A stretch of 64,000 nt of DNA from positions 6,048,001 to 6,112,000 of the forward strand of contig OZ244587.1 of the NCBI GenBank assembly GCA_965218095.1, in the 5' to 3' direction. Source of the DNA: Candidatus Poribacteria bacterium (GTDB taxonomy: Bacteria > Poribacteria > WGA-4E > PCPOR2b). A program made the position numbers and the translations under genes. Within the stretch, counting starts at the first letter, position 1. The number at the start of each line of letters is the position of its first letter. Below the pieces are notes generated by a model. That model ran no database searches. It was not told the origin of the DNA and saw only the letters and a list, made by a program, of their open reading frames with translations. This document shows, piece by piece, positions 40,502-51,716 of this stretch.

Positions 40502-41782
40502 TTAGGCCGCTGCTAAAACCTTAAACACGGCATCAGTCAACCGGGTTAATTCTTCTGATGAGATTGTAAAAGCAGACATGATATAAACAACATCGTTAAA
40601 CGGCCTGAGCCATACGCCTTCCTTTATAAATCTTTGCTGGAGTTCAAATATATATTCCCAGCTCGGGTTGAACAACTGAACTACACCAACAGCCCCCTTC
40701 ACTCTTACATCCGCAACATTATCTAATTTGCGGCAGGGCTTTAGTTCCTCCCGTAACTGCGCTCCAATCGCTTGGATTTGTGCTATCCGGGGTTCCTGTT
40801 CAAACAGATCCAACGAGGCATTGGCGGCTGTGCAGGCGAGTGGATTCGCCATGAATGTGGGCCCGTGCATAAAAACAGTCTCTAGCGTGTCCGAGAGGAA
40901 GCTCTCAAACACCGCTTCCGTGGCTAACGTTGCAGCCAGCCCCATCGTACCACCGGTAAGCGCCTTACCCAGGCACATCATATCAGGTGTAATGCCGGCT
41001 TGATTGCACGCAAACATCGAGCCGGTACGACCAAACCCTGTAGCAATTTCGTCGGCGATGAACAGGAGATCATACTTCTTACAGTGTCGATAAATTTCAG
41101 CGAGAATCTCAGCGGAATGGAATTTCATTCCTCCCGCTGCCTGAACAAGGGGTTCGATAATGAGGCCAGCCACCGTGTCTTTAATCCCCTCCAGCGATTC
41201 TTCAAACGCAGAAAAATCAGATTTGTCATTGGGAAGGTCGAAGATATACTGTTTGGGCATATAATTATTAAACGCCCGGTGCATACCCTTTTCAGGGTCG
41301 GAAAGTGACATGCAGCCCATGGTATCACCGTGATAGCTGTTCCGAAAGCAGACAAACTTGTTCTTATACAGCTCCTTCCGGTTGGACCAAAACTGGACAG
41401 CTATTTTCATAGCCACTTCAACAGCAGTTGAGCCTGAGTCAGAAAAGAATACACGATTTAATCCCGGTGGAGCGATAGAGACGAGTCTACTGGCAAGTGT
41501 GTAAGCAGGTTCATGGGCAAGCCCCGCAAACATAATATGTGACAAAGTATCAAGCTGTCTTGAAACCTGTTTCATAATATGAGGGTGTTGGTAGCCGTGA
41601 CAAGCACACCACCATGACGCAATTCCGTCAATCAATTCCTGACCATCCGCCAGCGTCATACGAACACCGCTTGCCGAGACAACCGGCAGGGGCAAAGGTA
41701 CAGTCTGCATCTGCGTGTAGGGCAGCCAGATGTGGTTGAATCCTTCTGTTTCCCACTTGGGAATTCTGTGCGGTTCGGACAT
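40502..41782 (-). CDS. bioA: Adenosylmethionine-8-amino-7-oxononanoate aminotransferase
   Basis: WLPYTQM, DGIASWW, DSGSTAVEVAMK, DEIATGFGRTG, GKALTGG and HGPTFMANP motifs. Confidence 0.95.
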   Translation of the reverse strand: MSEPHRIPKWETEGFNHIWLPYTQMQTVPLPLPVVSASGVRMTLADGQELIDGIASWWCACHGYQHPHIMKQVSRQLDTLSHIMFAGLAHEPAYTLASRLVSIAPPGLNRVFFSDSGSTAVEVAMKIAVQFWSNRKELYKNKFVCFRNSYHGDTMGCMSLSDPEKGMHRAFNNYMPKQYIFDLPNDKSDFSAFEESLEGIKDTVAGLIIEPLVQAAGGMKFHSAEILAEIYRHCKKYDLLFIADEIATGFGRTGSMFACNQAGITPDMMCLGKALTGGTMGLAATLATEAVFESFLSDTLETVFMHGPTFMANPLACTAANASLDLFEQEPRIAQIQAIGAQLREELKPCRKLDNVADVRVKGAVGVVQLFNPSWEYIFELQQRFIKEGVWLRPFNDVVYIMSAFTISSEELTRLTDAVFKVLAAA

Positions 41783-42360
41783 ATTACGCTTTAGGGAATA
41801 CATCATGCGTGACAAGTGATACGTGGGGGTGGTGTTCTATCACATAACCCGTGAAAAAATCTGTTCTGGTTGGCGTATCGATAAGACTGTCAGAGATTTG
41901 AGTTCAATGAATTCAGGGGTTCAATGAACCCTTGAACTCGAACCGGTTGAAACTTTTCACGCTAGTAAATGGCGTAGGTTAATCATGAACCTCTGCACTT
42001 TTGGGATGTAAATGTTGTCGTTCCGATGGGGGTTCTCAAAGGTTTAGTACCTAGGTAATAGAACACAAAATCGTCCTTGAGATGTCCCTCCTCATCGGAT
42101 CCCTCCATTTTGAATTTGCCCGCCATCTGCAGGATGCCGTAGGTGCCAGCCGCTCAGTGAGTAGCTGATTCCAGAGCTTGCTTAGGGGCTTTCGTACCAA
42201 ACTCGTCCATGAGCATTTTATCGATTTCCAGCACATCAAGGGCGATCTTGGGGGGGGGGGCTTTTTTGACCGTTGGCATAGCGTTCTTCCCTCCAAAATA
42301 AAAAAGCGGAACCCGGAGAGCCACTCCAGATTCCGCTGTCCGAATTCAGATTTGTTGCAA

Positions 42361-43620
42361 CTACCCCTTGATTTTCGCATAGTGGACCGGACGTTCAATC
42401 ACGAGATCTCCGACCTTCCCGGATTTCGGGACGATGATCTGGAGGACTTTGTCGCGACACGTTGCCTGGAAGTTTTCGGGGCACCCTTCGATGTGAAAAA
42501 CATTCCTGAATCCGATGGGGAACGAGCTTGCACGTCCAGCCACCTCAGCAAACCGGGGATCTTCCAGCTTCGTTTCCACAACGACAGCGCCCTCCCCAAG
42601 ATTCACCTGATATGCGTAATCAGGCATCCGATCCGGCAGATTGTACCTCTTCTTATACACGCACTCAGGTACCCAGCGCGAAAACTCAATTTCAATGATA
42701 TAGCGATCTACTTTTTCTTCCATCCGATTGACCATTCCGTAACGACGATAGCGTTCACGGACATCCTCTGCATAGATAGGACCATCAGGATGGCCCTCCT
42801 CATCAACAGTAGGGACGGCTCCCGGCATGGTTGAACGTGGCGCAGTCGGTTCAATTGTAATTACATTCCTCAACACTGGCAATAATAATAGACGCGTGAT
42901 AAGCGATGGAATCCAACCGTATAGCGCTGCGCCATATCGAGATTGCTCTTCGCTCTCCATTGTAGTGAGATTACTCTTGAATCGGTAGATTCCCTCAACA
43001 ATTGCAAGCGCAACGCCGAGGAGAATCGCAAGATTTCCTCCGCTGCTAAACAGGTTAATATTCCACACCTTGACGGCAAGCAGGAAAAACAGAAGCGGAT
43101 AGAGCGTCAAATTAATGAGGCTGTTAATCCCTGTTGAGATTGCTGAACTAAAGATGACTGGATTGGCAGCCATCTCCTCGAGTTCACGCTTAAATTTCGC
43201 ATCGAATGCCCCCAGCAAGGGTTGAGAGAGCATCACGAACGGGCGCAATGCAGGACGGATCGAAGATTTGGGCGCCTCGATCGTTTGCACAAACTCTTCA
43301 ATGCCAATTCTGTTCTCATCCGCTTCAGCGCCTTCTCCACCTTCTCCTGCTGCGGCGCCTGCTTTTGTGGGCTTAACAAAATCCTCAAAGAATTTCTCAT
43401 TTAACTCAACATAGGAAGTCCACTGCTCTGGTACGTCGTCAAGTATGAAAATTGCGGAGACCGGACACGCTGGTTCGCATGCGGCGCAGTCGATACATTC
43501 GGCGGGGTTAATATAAAGTTGCTTTTCCCCTTCTTTCGTATGAATACAATCAACCGGACACACATCAACACACGCCGTGTCCATGACATCAACGCAAGGC
43601 TCGGCAATCACGTAAGCCAT
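42361..43620 (-). CDS. 7Fe-type ferredoxin fused to TM helices and an alpha-crystallin/Hsp20-like C-domain
   Basis: MAYVIAEPC..CVDVCPVDCI..CIDCAACEPACPV; 2-3 TM helices; C-terminal ATCRDKVLQIIVPK. Confidence 0.8.
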   Translation of the reverse strand: MAYVIAEPCVDVMDTACVDVCPVDCIHTKEGEKQLYINPAECIDCAACEPACPVSAIFILDDVPEQWTSYVELNEKFFEDFVKPTKAGAAAGEGGEGAEADENRIGIEEFVQTIEAPKSSIRPALRPFVMLSQPLLGAFDAKFKRELEEMAANPVIFSSAISTGINSLINLTLYPLLFFLLAVKVWNINLFSSGGNLAILLGVALAIVEGIYRFKSNLTTMESEEQSRYGAALYGWIPSLITRLLLLPVLRNVITIEPTAPRSTMPGAVPTVDEEGHPDGPIYAEDVRERYRRYGMVNRMEEKVDRYIIEIEFSRWVPECVYKKRYNLPDRMPDYAYQVNLGEGAVVVETKLEDPRFAEVAGRASSFPIGFRNVFHIEGCPENFQATCRDKVLQIIVPKSGKVGDLVIERPVHYAKIKG

Positions 43621-43749
43621 GTTCTATCTCTCCTCAGACACATCTAATCTTTTGCGTTGTCTACTGTTTCGGAAAATTTGGGCACGCAAATTATACCACA
43701 GCGCCAATCCCGTGACAAGCATTTCTAAAAAACGATCTTTGGTCAGGAA

Positions 43750-44805
43750 CTATTCCTCTACTTCGATACGTACTTCCTTCTCTGTCTCCGCGCTCTGGAG
43801 CAGAGCTTCCATCATCTGCTGCACGATGAGACCGTGGCGGAGTGGTGCTGCACACGGTTTATCATCCAAAATGCTGTCGATAAAATGCGCAGCAATGTTA
43901 TCCCAGGATTCGAGGCCTTTGGGGGGCTCAACGCTGACGTCCTGCAACGCACCGTTTTCTGTGCGGTAGAGCGTCAGCGGATTGAGTTTGGCACCTGCTT
44001 CTGTGCCAAACAACTCAATCTGAAACTCGCCCGCTTGGTGCGAAGCCCAAAAACTCTCAACCTGTACGCCAATGCCCTTCTCGAAACGGATAAAACCACC
44101 GGCATAGTCATCCGCGGCGTACTGCTCATAGAACTTTTTAGAGGGAGTGGTGCCAGTCGAATAACCTAATCCTCGGAGACCAAACTTCGCTCCGGCAGCG
44201 CCTAACACGCCAATGGGTTTGGGCATGCCCAGCATCCACCACACAGCGTCGAGAACATGGACGCCCATATCCCGGAAGGCACCACCGCCCTTCTGAATGA
44301 ACCCCAGGCTCCGAGCTGGAATCCCGTTTCTTCGGACGCTACGGGCCCTTGCGTAGTACAGTTCACCGAAATACTCCTGACGTTCCAAATTCCCAAGATA
44401 TTGACAATCGGAGCCAAAGCGGGTGGAAAGAGACATCATGTTCACAACCCCTGCTGCCTCTGCCTCCGCAACAAGCTTTTTTGCAGCTTCCTCCGAATCA
44501 GCGAGCGGTTTGGTCACCAGAACATGCTTCCCATTTCGCACGGCCTCCAACGCAACAGGGACATGCCATTGATTCGGCGTCCCTACAAAAATGGCGTCGA
44601 TTTCCGGATCTTTGCACATATTCTTATAGTCAGTGTAAAATTTGACTTCCTCTGGCAATTCTTTCGCAAATGCTTTCATGCGATCTTCCAGCAGATCGCA
44701 GAGCGCAATGACTTGTCCGCGCGGATTTCTTGCCAGGGCGCGTCCATTCGCTCTACCGATGCCCATACCAACAACTGCGACTCGTACTCTGTCAGTAAGT
44801 GCCAT
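43750..44805 (-). CDS. Gfo/Idh/MocA oxidoreductase
   Basis: VAVVGMG, GTPNQWH, KHVLVTKP and GGGAFRDMGVH motifs. Confidence 0.92.
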   Translation of the reverse strand: MALTDRVRVAVVGMGIGRANGRALARNPRGQVIALCDLLEDRMKAFAKELPEEVKFYTDYKNMCKDPEIDAIFVGTPNQWHVPVALEAVRNGKHVLVTKPLADSEEAAKKLVAEAEAAGVVNMMSLSTRFGSDCQYLGNLERQEYFGELYYARARSVRRNGIPARSLGFIQKGGGAFRDMGVHVLDAVWWMLGMPKPIGVLGAAGAKFGLRGLGYSTGTTPSKKFYEQYAADDYAGGFIRFEKGIGVQVESFWASHQAGEFQIELFGTEAGAKLNPLTLYRTENGALQDVSVEPPKGLESWDNIAAHFIDSILDDKPCAAPLRHGLIVQQMMEALLQSAETEKEVRIEVEE

Positions 44806-45026
44806 TCAGTTTCCTCCAATATTTGTGTCGTAAATCATGTTATCCAAACTGGGATGGTTCATTTGAACTCTATCACTAAATACGTGGTGGTTTCATCAGC
44901 CGAGAACGTATTGCGCACTGCGTAGGAGGCAAGATGTTTCACGCATTACGTTTCATTTTTTCGTTTTCATGGCACGAGAAGGTCACGGCGCAGATTTCTC
45001 ACAGGTTTAGTGATAGTACAGAAACT

Positions 45027-46712
45027 CTATCTGTAGAGCAACCTTTTCAGCGATCGTCTGCCTAGCAGATATGATATGCCCCACACGCCAATGAGAACGC
45101 TGAAGGTGGCAGCAATCGAGATCTGTTGCACAGTAGACATTGAAAAGTTCGGTTTTCCCCCAAAGGGGTGTATTTCGCTAAGAACGACAATTTCCATGAC
45201 CATGATTGGGACAATGAGCAGTATCAGGTTAACAGTCATCGTGACCAGAATTGTCGCAAGCCGCAGGACTGGCCGCCTGCCGGAATCCCGCCCCGTTTCT
45301 CCGATTTCCGCCACCCAGGGCAACGCGCCGACTGCCGTGTTGAACGCAGTTGCCGCAGCCGTGATCACCGTAGTCATTATCAGAATTGGCGTCCAGAGCC
45401 ATGGCGATATCCTGAACAGAATTAATCCCAAAAGAAACCACACGTTTACGTAAGTCACGGCGCAGAGTGTGCCGATAAGAAATTTGCTATTGAAAAGCAA
45501 TGCCGGCGAAATCGGGCTCGATTTTAACAGCCACCATGTTTTCGCTTCCGCCTTGCAGCCTCCCCATGTTAGGCCGGCCGTCGCCATCACACTGTAGATC
45601 ATGATCTGAACGGCGATTCCTAACAAGGGCAGATGTATCCCGTGACCGCTTCCGCCATCTGTCCGTATTTCATAAGCTGCGGCAAATACTAGTATCAACT
45701 GGATAAGGATTAGCATGATAACCATTGCCGCTCGCCCTTTGTGCCTGATGAAGACCAGAAAATCCTTTGCCATCATCGAACGAATTTTGCCCCGACCCAG
45801 AATGGCAGATTTCGCACGTTTCCTGCCTCTCCATTTGGTATTTACTTCCACGCGCCTAGCGCATTCCCAACTCCGATGGTAGATTTTGGAAGCCAACAAC
45901 ACACCCAGAACCGGTACCCCCCCACTGACAACAACCAATTGGATTGCCCACCGCAGCGGTTGAAGCCCCAATTCGGGAAGCCAGTTCATCATTAACTTCG
46001 CAGCCCATAAGTGAGGATACCAGTCAGAGGCGGGGGCTTTCAATCGAGCAAGGAGAAATTGGGCAATCTCATCTGACCGCCCGAGTGCAAGGAAACTTGC
46101 CGTCAGGAGAAATCCGACAGCCACACCGATTATTGCGCCAATGATTTTTAAGAACTGTATCATCCGCCGCGAAGAAAAAAAGCGCACAATAAACATCATC
46201 ACAATGACAATCTCACTCACGATGATGACCAGTAAACAGAAGCAGATTGGTATCAGTGCAAGGTAGAAATGCCAGGGTAAATCGAAAAGTTGTCCGAATG
46301 CAATCCACGGCGGAAACAGCCAAATCACCATACTCAATAAATTTGAGGCGATAAGCTGGATTAACTTAAAGCCAAAAATGGTCGAGGGAGGCAGGGGCGA
46401 CGACAAAAGGAGTGATGTGTCTGTGGCTTCGTAAAACTGCTTAATTGTGTCCTCCATCGCGTCTTTCGCTAGAATAAACACACCGAGCCCCATGCAGATG
46501 TTGATTGCGCGTAATAGTATGGTTTGTCCATGAGCGTCGCCCTGTTGTTCCACGATTCTGAAGAAAGCACGCCCCATCAAGTATAGTGCGGCGATCAGGA
46601 CAAGAAAGCCGAGAAACTCCGCAATCTTTTTTCGCCTCTCTTCTGAGGCGTATCGAATGCTATTTATCCAGCCTTGCCAACTGGCTTTGAGCAACATTGA
46701 TAATGTTTGCAT
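45027..46712 (-). CDS. Putative ABC-2 exporter permease (multi-TM)
   Basis: Many TM segments, LLLSSPLP, KDFLVF.R and WLLKSSPI. Confidence 0.8.
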   Translation of the reverse strand: MQTLSMLLKASWQGWINSIRYASEERRKKIAEFLGFLVLIAALYLMGRAFFRIVEQQGDAHGQTILLRAINICMGLGVFILAKDAMEDTIKQFYEATDTSLLLSSPLPPSTIFGFKLIQLIASNLLSMVIWLFPPWIAFGQLFDLPWHFYLALIPICFCLLVIIVSEIVIVMMFIVRFFSSRRMIQFLKIIGAIIGVAVGFLLTASFLALGRSDEIAQFLLARLKAPASDWYPHLWAAKLMMNWLPELGLQPLRWAIQLVVVSGGVPVLGVLLASKIYHRSWECARRVEVNTKWRGRKRAKSAILGRGKIRSMMAKDFLVFIRHKGRAAMVIMLILIQLILVFAAAYEIRTDGGSGHGIHLPLLGIAVQIMIYSVMATAGLTWGGCKAEAKTWWLLKSSPISPALLFNSKFLIGTLCAVTYVNVWFLLGLILFRISPWLWTPILIMTTVITAAATAFNTAVGALPWVAEIGETGRDSGRRPVLRLATILVTMTVNLILLIVPIMVMEIVVLSEIHPFGGKPNFSMSTVQQISIAATFSVLIGVWGISYLLGRRSLKRLLYR

Positions 46713-47127
46713 ATCGGGTATTGGAAATTCAGAAATAGAGTAGGCACCGTCCTGCGCTATGACTTACCGTTTGATGAATTTGATGCTATTTCCTTCCAAG
46801 ATGTTATCAAAACCACACCAGTTTGTCAAAGGAATAGTAAGGAATCATTTAATCCCGCTCTTGACAGTTTCTTAAAAGCTATTGTATACTATCCATCACC
46901 GGTGCTGTCTGCTGTATTCAATAGACTTTACCTGATGCCATATTCTGAGGAGTTTAGTTCAAAGGAGGTTGTACCGCCGATGAGCTTTGTCCGAAGGTGC
47001 AACCCCTCACAACAGCCCACAAGACTTTTTGGGTGAGTTAATAGGCGTTTCGTGCCAAATTTCATTGGGAGAGATGAATCCCCTTTAATCTGGGAAACCT
47101 GATCAATTTTACAAGCGGAGGTTCATT

Positions 47128-47507
47128 ATGCTAGAAAGGCGGAAGTTGCCTCGTTTAGCCGAAGAATGGAACCTGAGCTACCGTGTTTTGCATAAAGATC
47201 AATTTGCCAATGATCCTATGCGTCAGTATACAGTGAACATCAGCGGTGGAGGGATCTGCCTTATGGCTGAAAAAGAGATCAAAGAGGATACGATGTTGGC
47301 GCTTGAATTGGAGTCTGATCAGTTTCCGGCGCCAATCCTGGCTCTCGCCAAGACAGTCCGATGTAAGCGGACACGCAGCGGACATGAAGTCGGCTGCGAA
47401 CTCTGGTGGGTTGGGTTGGATGGCAAAACAATGATGCCCAACAAGCGATGGCGGATTACATCGCCTCAGCCACTAAGGAAGCAAACAGCTCGACAACTTC
47501 ATCATAA
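47128..47507 (+). pseudogene. PilZ-domain (c-di-GMP receptor) protein, frameshifted near the 3' end
   Basis: ERRKLPR and NISGGG motifs. Removing a GTTGG duplication near 47410 restores WWVGWQNNDAQQAMADYI...*. Confidence 0.75.
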
Positions 47508-47573
47508 CTTGGTAAACTCTTTCAAGAAACCAAACCATTGACTCATTTCTGCAATCGCATGAGGGAAATAAAC

Positions 47574-49562
47574 ATGCAAAACACATTTAACTTCAAGCAA
47601 GTACTAATCTGGCTTATCTTGATTTTATGTGCAGGCGTCGGTTATAGCCAGCAGTACGCCTCGATTTACCTGAAAAACGGCGATCGCCTCAGAGGGCGTT
47701 GGTTGGGCGCCGATGAAAAATCCGCTCGCATTGAAGTTTATAACCAGAGATTATCAATTCCATTCCGTGAGATTATAAACATCACGCCCTTCGATGATTT
47801 ACGTCTCATCCCCGATGCGATTGCTGCAAAGCACTTTCGTGACGGTGAAGCTTTCTTGCAGTTGGGGATGCGCGAGAAAGCCAAAAATCATTTTATGGCT
47901 GCAATTGAAGCGTTTCCCAGATATGCTGACGCGCATTATCAACTTGGACTCCTCTTCCAGGCAGAGGGGAATAACGATGAGGCGCTGAAATACTTTAGTC
48001 GCGTTGCAAAGATCAACCCCGAAGCATACAATATGGCGACTCAGTTCAAGGAAGCTAGTGATGCTTACCTCGCTGCTGAAGAATACAGCAAGGCAGTCGA
48101 CGCCTATCTGTTGCTATTTCATAACTATCCATACCATCAATCCGCGGAGCAAGCAGCTTATACAGCCGGATTTCTATTGACAGAGAAGTTGGATGAACCC
48201 GAGGAAGGACTGGCGGGACTTCAGAAAGCTGTGACAGAATTCCCGATCAGCGAATACCTAGAACGCGCCTTGTATCTCATTGGCTTGTTACAAACCGAAT
48301 TGGGGCAGGGGGAGATGGCGGTGGAGACGTTAAGAAGCTTTATTCTGAATTATCCCGGAAGTCAATGGCTCGCCGAGGCTTATCTGGCGCGGGGCGATGC
48401 ATATTTGCAGTTAAGGCAAAACAAAGACGCAATCGCAGACTTTAACTTTGTTTATGAGCACACAGCGAATCTCAAGATGAAACACGAAGCGCGGAAGAAA
48501 CGCGACGAAAGTGCATGGACGATTTATAGGGTTTCTGATGATCTGCCGAGCAATCAAATCCAGGCGATTGCTGTGGATGGGGAAACCCTGTGGATCGGTA
48601 CACCAAAGGGCCTGGCACAGATTGATGTCAGCATGGAATCGTGGCAGCCGATGACAAACATTGTCGGTTTCATCAACACCATGTTCGACGAAACAAATCC
48701 CATTAATGTTCGGGCGCTGGCTGTTGATGAACAGGAACTGTGGATTGGAACATTGAATAACGGCGTGATTCGTTATAACAAGCTAACGCAAATTTCCCAA
48801 ACTTACGGTACACGAGACGGGCTTCCACATAACACAATATACGATATCAAAATCGACAAAGATAAAGATGAGGTCTGGATTGGAACCTTTTCTGGGGTTG
48901 CACATTATCATCGGTCAACAGAGCAGTGGACAGTGTACAACAAAAAGGACGACCTTTTACCCGCCGCCGATATCGTTGCACTGGCTGTCACACCGGAAAG
49001 GGTTTGGATTGGTACTTCTGAAGGCGGTATGGCAGTCTACGACCAAAAGCTCAACTATTGGCAAAACTTCGGCGGTCCCCTTGACGACCTTAAACTGAGA
49101 CCGGACAGCGCAATCGTGAGCTTTGATGTAGGCCGCAATCAAATTTTCTTTACATGGTATCATGATGAGGACAAATCCAACGGGTATGGTGTTATCCAAC
49201 TGGACACGTTAAAGAGTCAAGTGCAAAAGGTTATTAGTGGCGATCTGGTGCCACATCAAAACATTTACGTTGCCGTCAGCAAAAATGCAGACAAGATAGA
49301 GGAATCTCTCCCGGAGGAAATGGAAGAATCTCCTCCGAGGGAGATGGAGAAGCCATCTACGCTGTGGCTTGCGACAAACGATGGTGTGTACATAAAACAT
49401 TCGGGAAGTTGGGAAGGTCCGATTGGATTTCCTGCGGATCGGCTCGGTGTGCTTGTCGTGAGTTGCATCGCACTTGGTGAAGGCGCCGCTTGGATTGGAA
49501 CGTCTAACGGGGTCGCTAAGATAGACACCAGTGTATTTTATGCGCATTCGGTTAATAACTAA
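47574..49562 (+). CDS. Secreted TPR (BamD-like) + beta-propeller protein
   Basis: Signal peptide, TPRs (AHYQLG, YPGSQW) and LWIGT..G repeats. Confidence 0.85.
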   Translation: MQNTFNFKQVLIWLILILCAGVGYSQQYASIYLKNGDRLRGRWLGADEKSARIEVYNQRLSIPFREIINITPFDDLRLIPDAIAAKHFRDGEAFLQLGMREKAKNHFMAAIEAFPRYADAHYQLGLLFQAEGNNDEALKYFSRVAKINPEAYNMATQFKEASDAYLAAEEYSKAVDAYLLLFHNYPYHQSAEQAAYTAGFLLTEKLDEPEEGLAGLQKAVTEFPISEYLERALYLIGLLQTELGQGEMAVETLRSFILNYPGSQWLAEAYLARGDAYLQLRQNKDAIADFNFVYEHTANLKMKHEARKKRDESAWTIYRVSDDLPSNQIQAIAVDGETLWIGTPKGLAQIDVSMESWQPMTNIVGFINTMFDETNPINVRALAVDEQELWIGTLNNGVIRYNKLTQISQTYGTRDGLPHNTIYDIKIDKDKDEVWIGTFSGVAHYHRSTEQWTVYNKKDDLLPAADIVALAVTPERVWIGTSEGGMAVYDQKLNYWQNFGGPLDDLKLRPDSAIVSFDVGRNQIFFTWYHDEDKSNGYGVIQLDTLKSQVQKVISGDLVPHQNIYVAVSKNADKIEESLPEEMEESPPREMEKPSTLWLATNDGVYIKHSGSWEGPIGFPADRLGVLVVSCIALGEGAAWIGTSNGVAKIDTSVFYAHSVNN

Positions 49563-49570
49563 TAGTGCTA

Positions 49571-50389
49571 GGTTCTGTTGACATTTCAACGGAGCCATAT
49601 AAGAGTGGAGACAAAGCTGAGAAATCCAAAATAACGGACAGCTAACTTCTCAAACCGAGAGAAGATACGACGATACCATTTTATCTTGTTGATGAAACAT
49701 TCAACCCGATGTCTTTCTTTGTATAAGTGTTTGTCATACGTTCTTTGGTCAACACGATGACTTTTTGGCGGTATCACCGCAATCGCTCCATTCGCCTCAA
49801 TAACCGCGATAAAAGCGTCCGAATCGTACCCCTTGTCTCCAATCACATATTCACTGTTATATCCGATTATCAACCCTTCCGCCTCAGTTATGTCATGTCT
49901 CTGACCGGGTGTCAGATGAATTCTTAGGGGATTGCCTAGTCCGTCGACTGTGATGTGATTTTTTGTACTGAAACCGCCCCGAGACCGACCTAATGCTTGG
50001 TTTTCAGTCCCACCGTTTTTTTAAGGCGCCCGCCGCAGACGGGTGAGCGCGGCAGATGGTACTGTCCACAATAAGCGACTCGATATCGGGGTCAGAGGCG
50101 AAGTGGGGGTGCATCTGTGTGAAGATACCTTTGTCGCACCATCGAGCAAACCGCTTGTAGCGGGTGTTCCATTTGCCATAGGTGTCTGGTAGAAGTCTCC
50201 ATTGAGCGCCGCTACGAGTCACCCACAGAACGGCTTCGACGAAGCGGCGTGTAGCAGCTTCGTCGCCAACATAGATGGTGGGACAGCTTAGAAGAAACCG
50301 GTATATCTTATTCCATTGTTCATCAGGTAAGGTTATTGGCGTCATTCTTCTATTATGCCACAACCTTATACTCAAATGTCAACAGAACC
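49571..50389 (-). mobile_element. IS5-family element copy B (apparently intact; orfA/orfB -1 frameshift)
   Basis: Same IRs as copy A, TA TSD; TTAAAAAAAC slippery site; ORFs at 50004-50348 and 49586-~50020. Confidence 0.92.
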
Positions 50390-50618
50390 TAATATATCGC
50401 GTGAAACATTAAATAAATTACTCACCGATTTTGTCAACAAGGATATGGTAAAGGTGTGATGGTGCATTACTGAAATGATACTCGTAGCTGTCGCATATGA
50501 CAGCAGTGTTCCTATTAGGCTTCACCTATCAGCCTCACTCAATTTCCTTGCCCTACTTTGCTTATAAAGTCCTGTTGTATCTCTTACCCACCCCTGTTTT
50601 ATATGCGGTTTTTTTCTC

Positions 50619-51263
50619 CTATTCATCACGAACAGTATAGGGGCCAACCGATTGAGAACCGGTGGAGCCGTCTCGGTTTGTCCACTGGATGTTCAGTATT
50701 GCGGACCCTTCTGCCAAGGCGGGAGATGCTCCCCAGTTGCGACCTGATCCCGACGCTGCGGAGCCATTGATCGTCGCTGCCATGATACCCTTATCAAATG
50801 TCACTGAGAACTCCTGGTTTGACGGGATTGTGGCACCGGGGGGAGGCTCTACCGAATGTATCTTTGCGGAAGGGACAGTTTCGGGCGTGCGTTGGTTCGG
50901 AGGTATATATTCTGGGCAGGCATAATCCAATGTCCTTTTCCCCCCTTGCCACAAAACAATTATATCGACACGACAGCTCTTACCTGTTATCAGCAGTTTT
51001 GTGCCTGACAGAGTATATGCTTCAGCGCCATCGACACTCAAATCTTTTGGCTGTTTGTCGAAGTAAACCTCCCAATTTCGCCCATCATTATTCGCTTCGA
51101 CAAACTGCGCCGGCGTGTCATCAATAACTATCACCTCACGATCGCAGCCTCCCATCACCACGACCGCAAACAGAAGGATAGTCCAACCTCTGGGACTTGT
51201 CAGGGCTCGCCCTAACAATCCCATCATCAAAAACCATTTCACTGTATATTTCCACTTGTCCAT
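50619..51263 (-). CDS. Ig-like domain lipoprotein
   Basis: VVMGGC lipobox; VEPPPGATIPSNQEFSVTFD Big-like domain. Confidence 0.7.
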   Translation of the reverse strand: MDKWKYTVKWFLMMGLLGRALTSPRGWTILLFAVVVMGGCDREVIVIDDTPAQFVEANNDGRNWEVYFDKQPKDLSVDGAEAYTLSGTKLLITGKSCRVDIIVLWQGGKRTLDYACPEYIPPNQRTPETVPSAKIHSVEPPPGATIPSNQEFSVTFDKGIMAATINGSAASGSGRNWGASPALAEGSAILNIQWTNRDGSTGSQSVGPYTVRDE

Positions 51264-51658
51264 TATGATTTCCCTTTTCCATACTTAATCCGAGCCATCG
51301 CGCTATTTTGAGCGATTTCTGCGCTTGCGTAGTGACTCGGCATCCGAGAATCCTTCCATCTACCATCGACTTGCATTTCCACCAGCGACGCATTCCCGCG
51401 AGCCAGCGACACTGCCGAGCCAACCTGTAGTGAATGACCCGATACACGCCCCTTTACCCCACGGATACCTTTACTGCGCTTTTTGACGATCTCCCGTATC
51501 GCTTCAGGTGTGAGCCGTGCCGTTATCGGTTTGCCCCCCTTCAATACCCGGCGGAACAATACCCTACGATCGATGTGCGATACTTGAGTGAATCAAAGAC
51601 GCGGTTTCATCAGGTATCTCAAGCCCCTAGGACTGATTCCGTGTTGCTAACTGATTCA
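51263..51658 (-). pseudogene. Cre-like tyrosine recombinase remnant
   Basis: SGHSLQVGSA..LA..GRWK..MP.HYA C-terminus; short N-terminal piece with a stop and a large internal deletion. Confidence 0.8.
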
Positions 51659-51716
51659 TGATTTTCCTCCTTTAATGTTCGGTAAGAACTTTTTCAGTTC
51701 AAATGGGATCGCGCTA

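Noticed and set aside
47060-47110. c-di-GMP-II riboswitch upstream of the PilZ gene (GATGAAT..TTTAATCTGGG)
   Set aside because: The resemblance is only partial and the downstream conserved stem and pseudoknot are not evident; it needs an Infernal search.
36298-50389. Inversion or composite transposon bounded by the two inverted IS5 copies
   Set aside because: The flanks of copy A rejoin into one coherent frame (PEAF-SNTGGNP), so copy A is a simple insertion with its original flanks.
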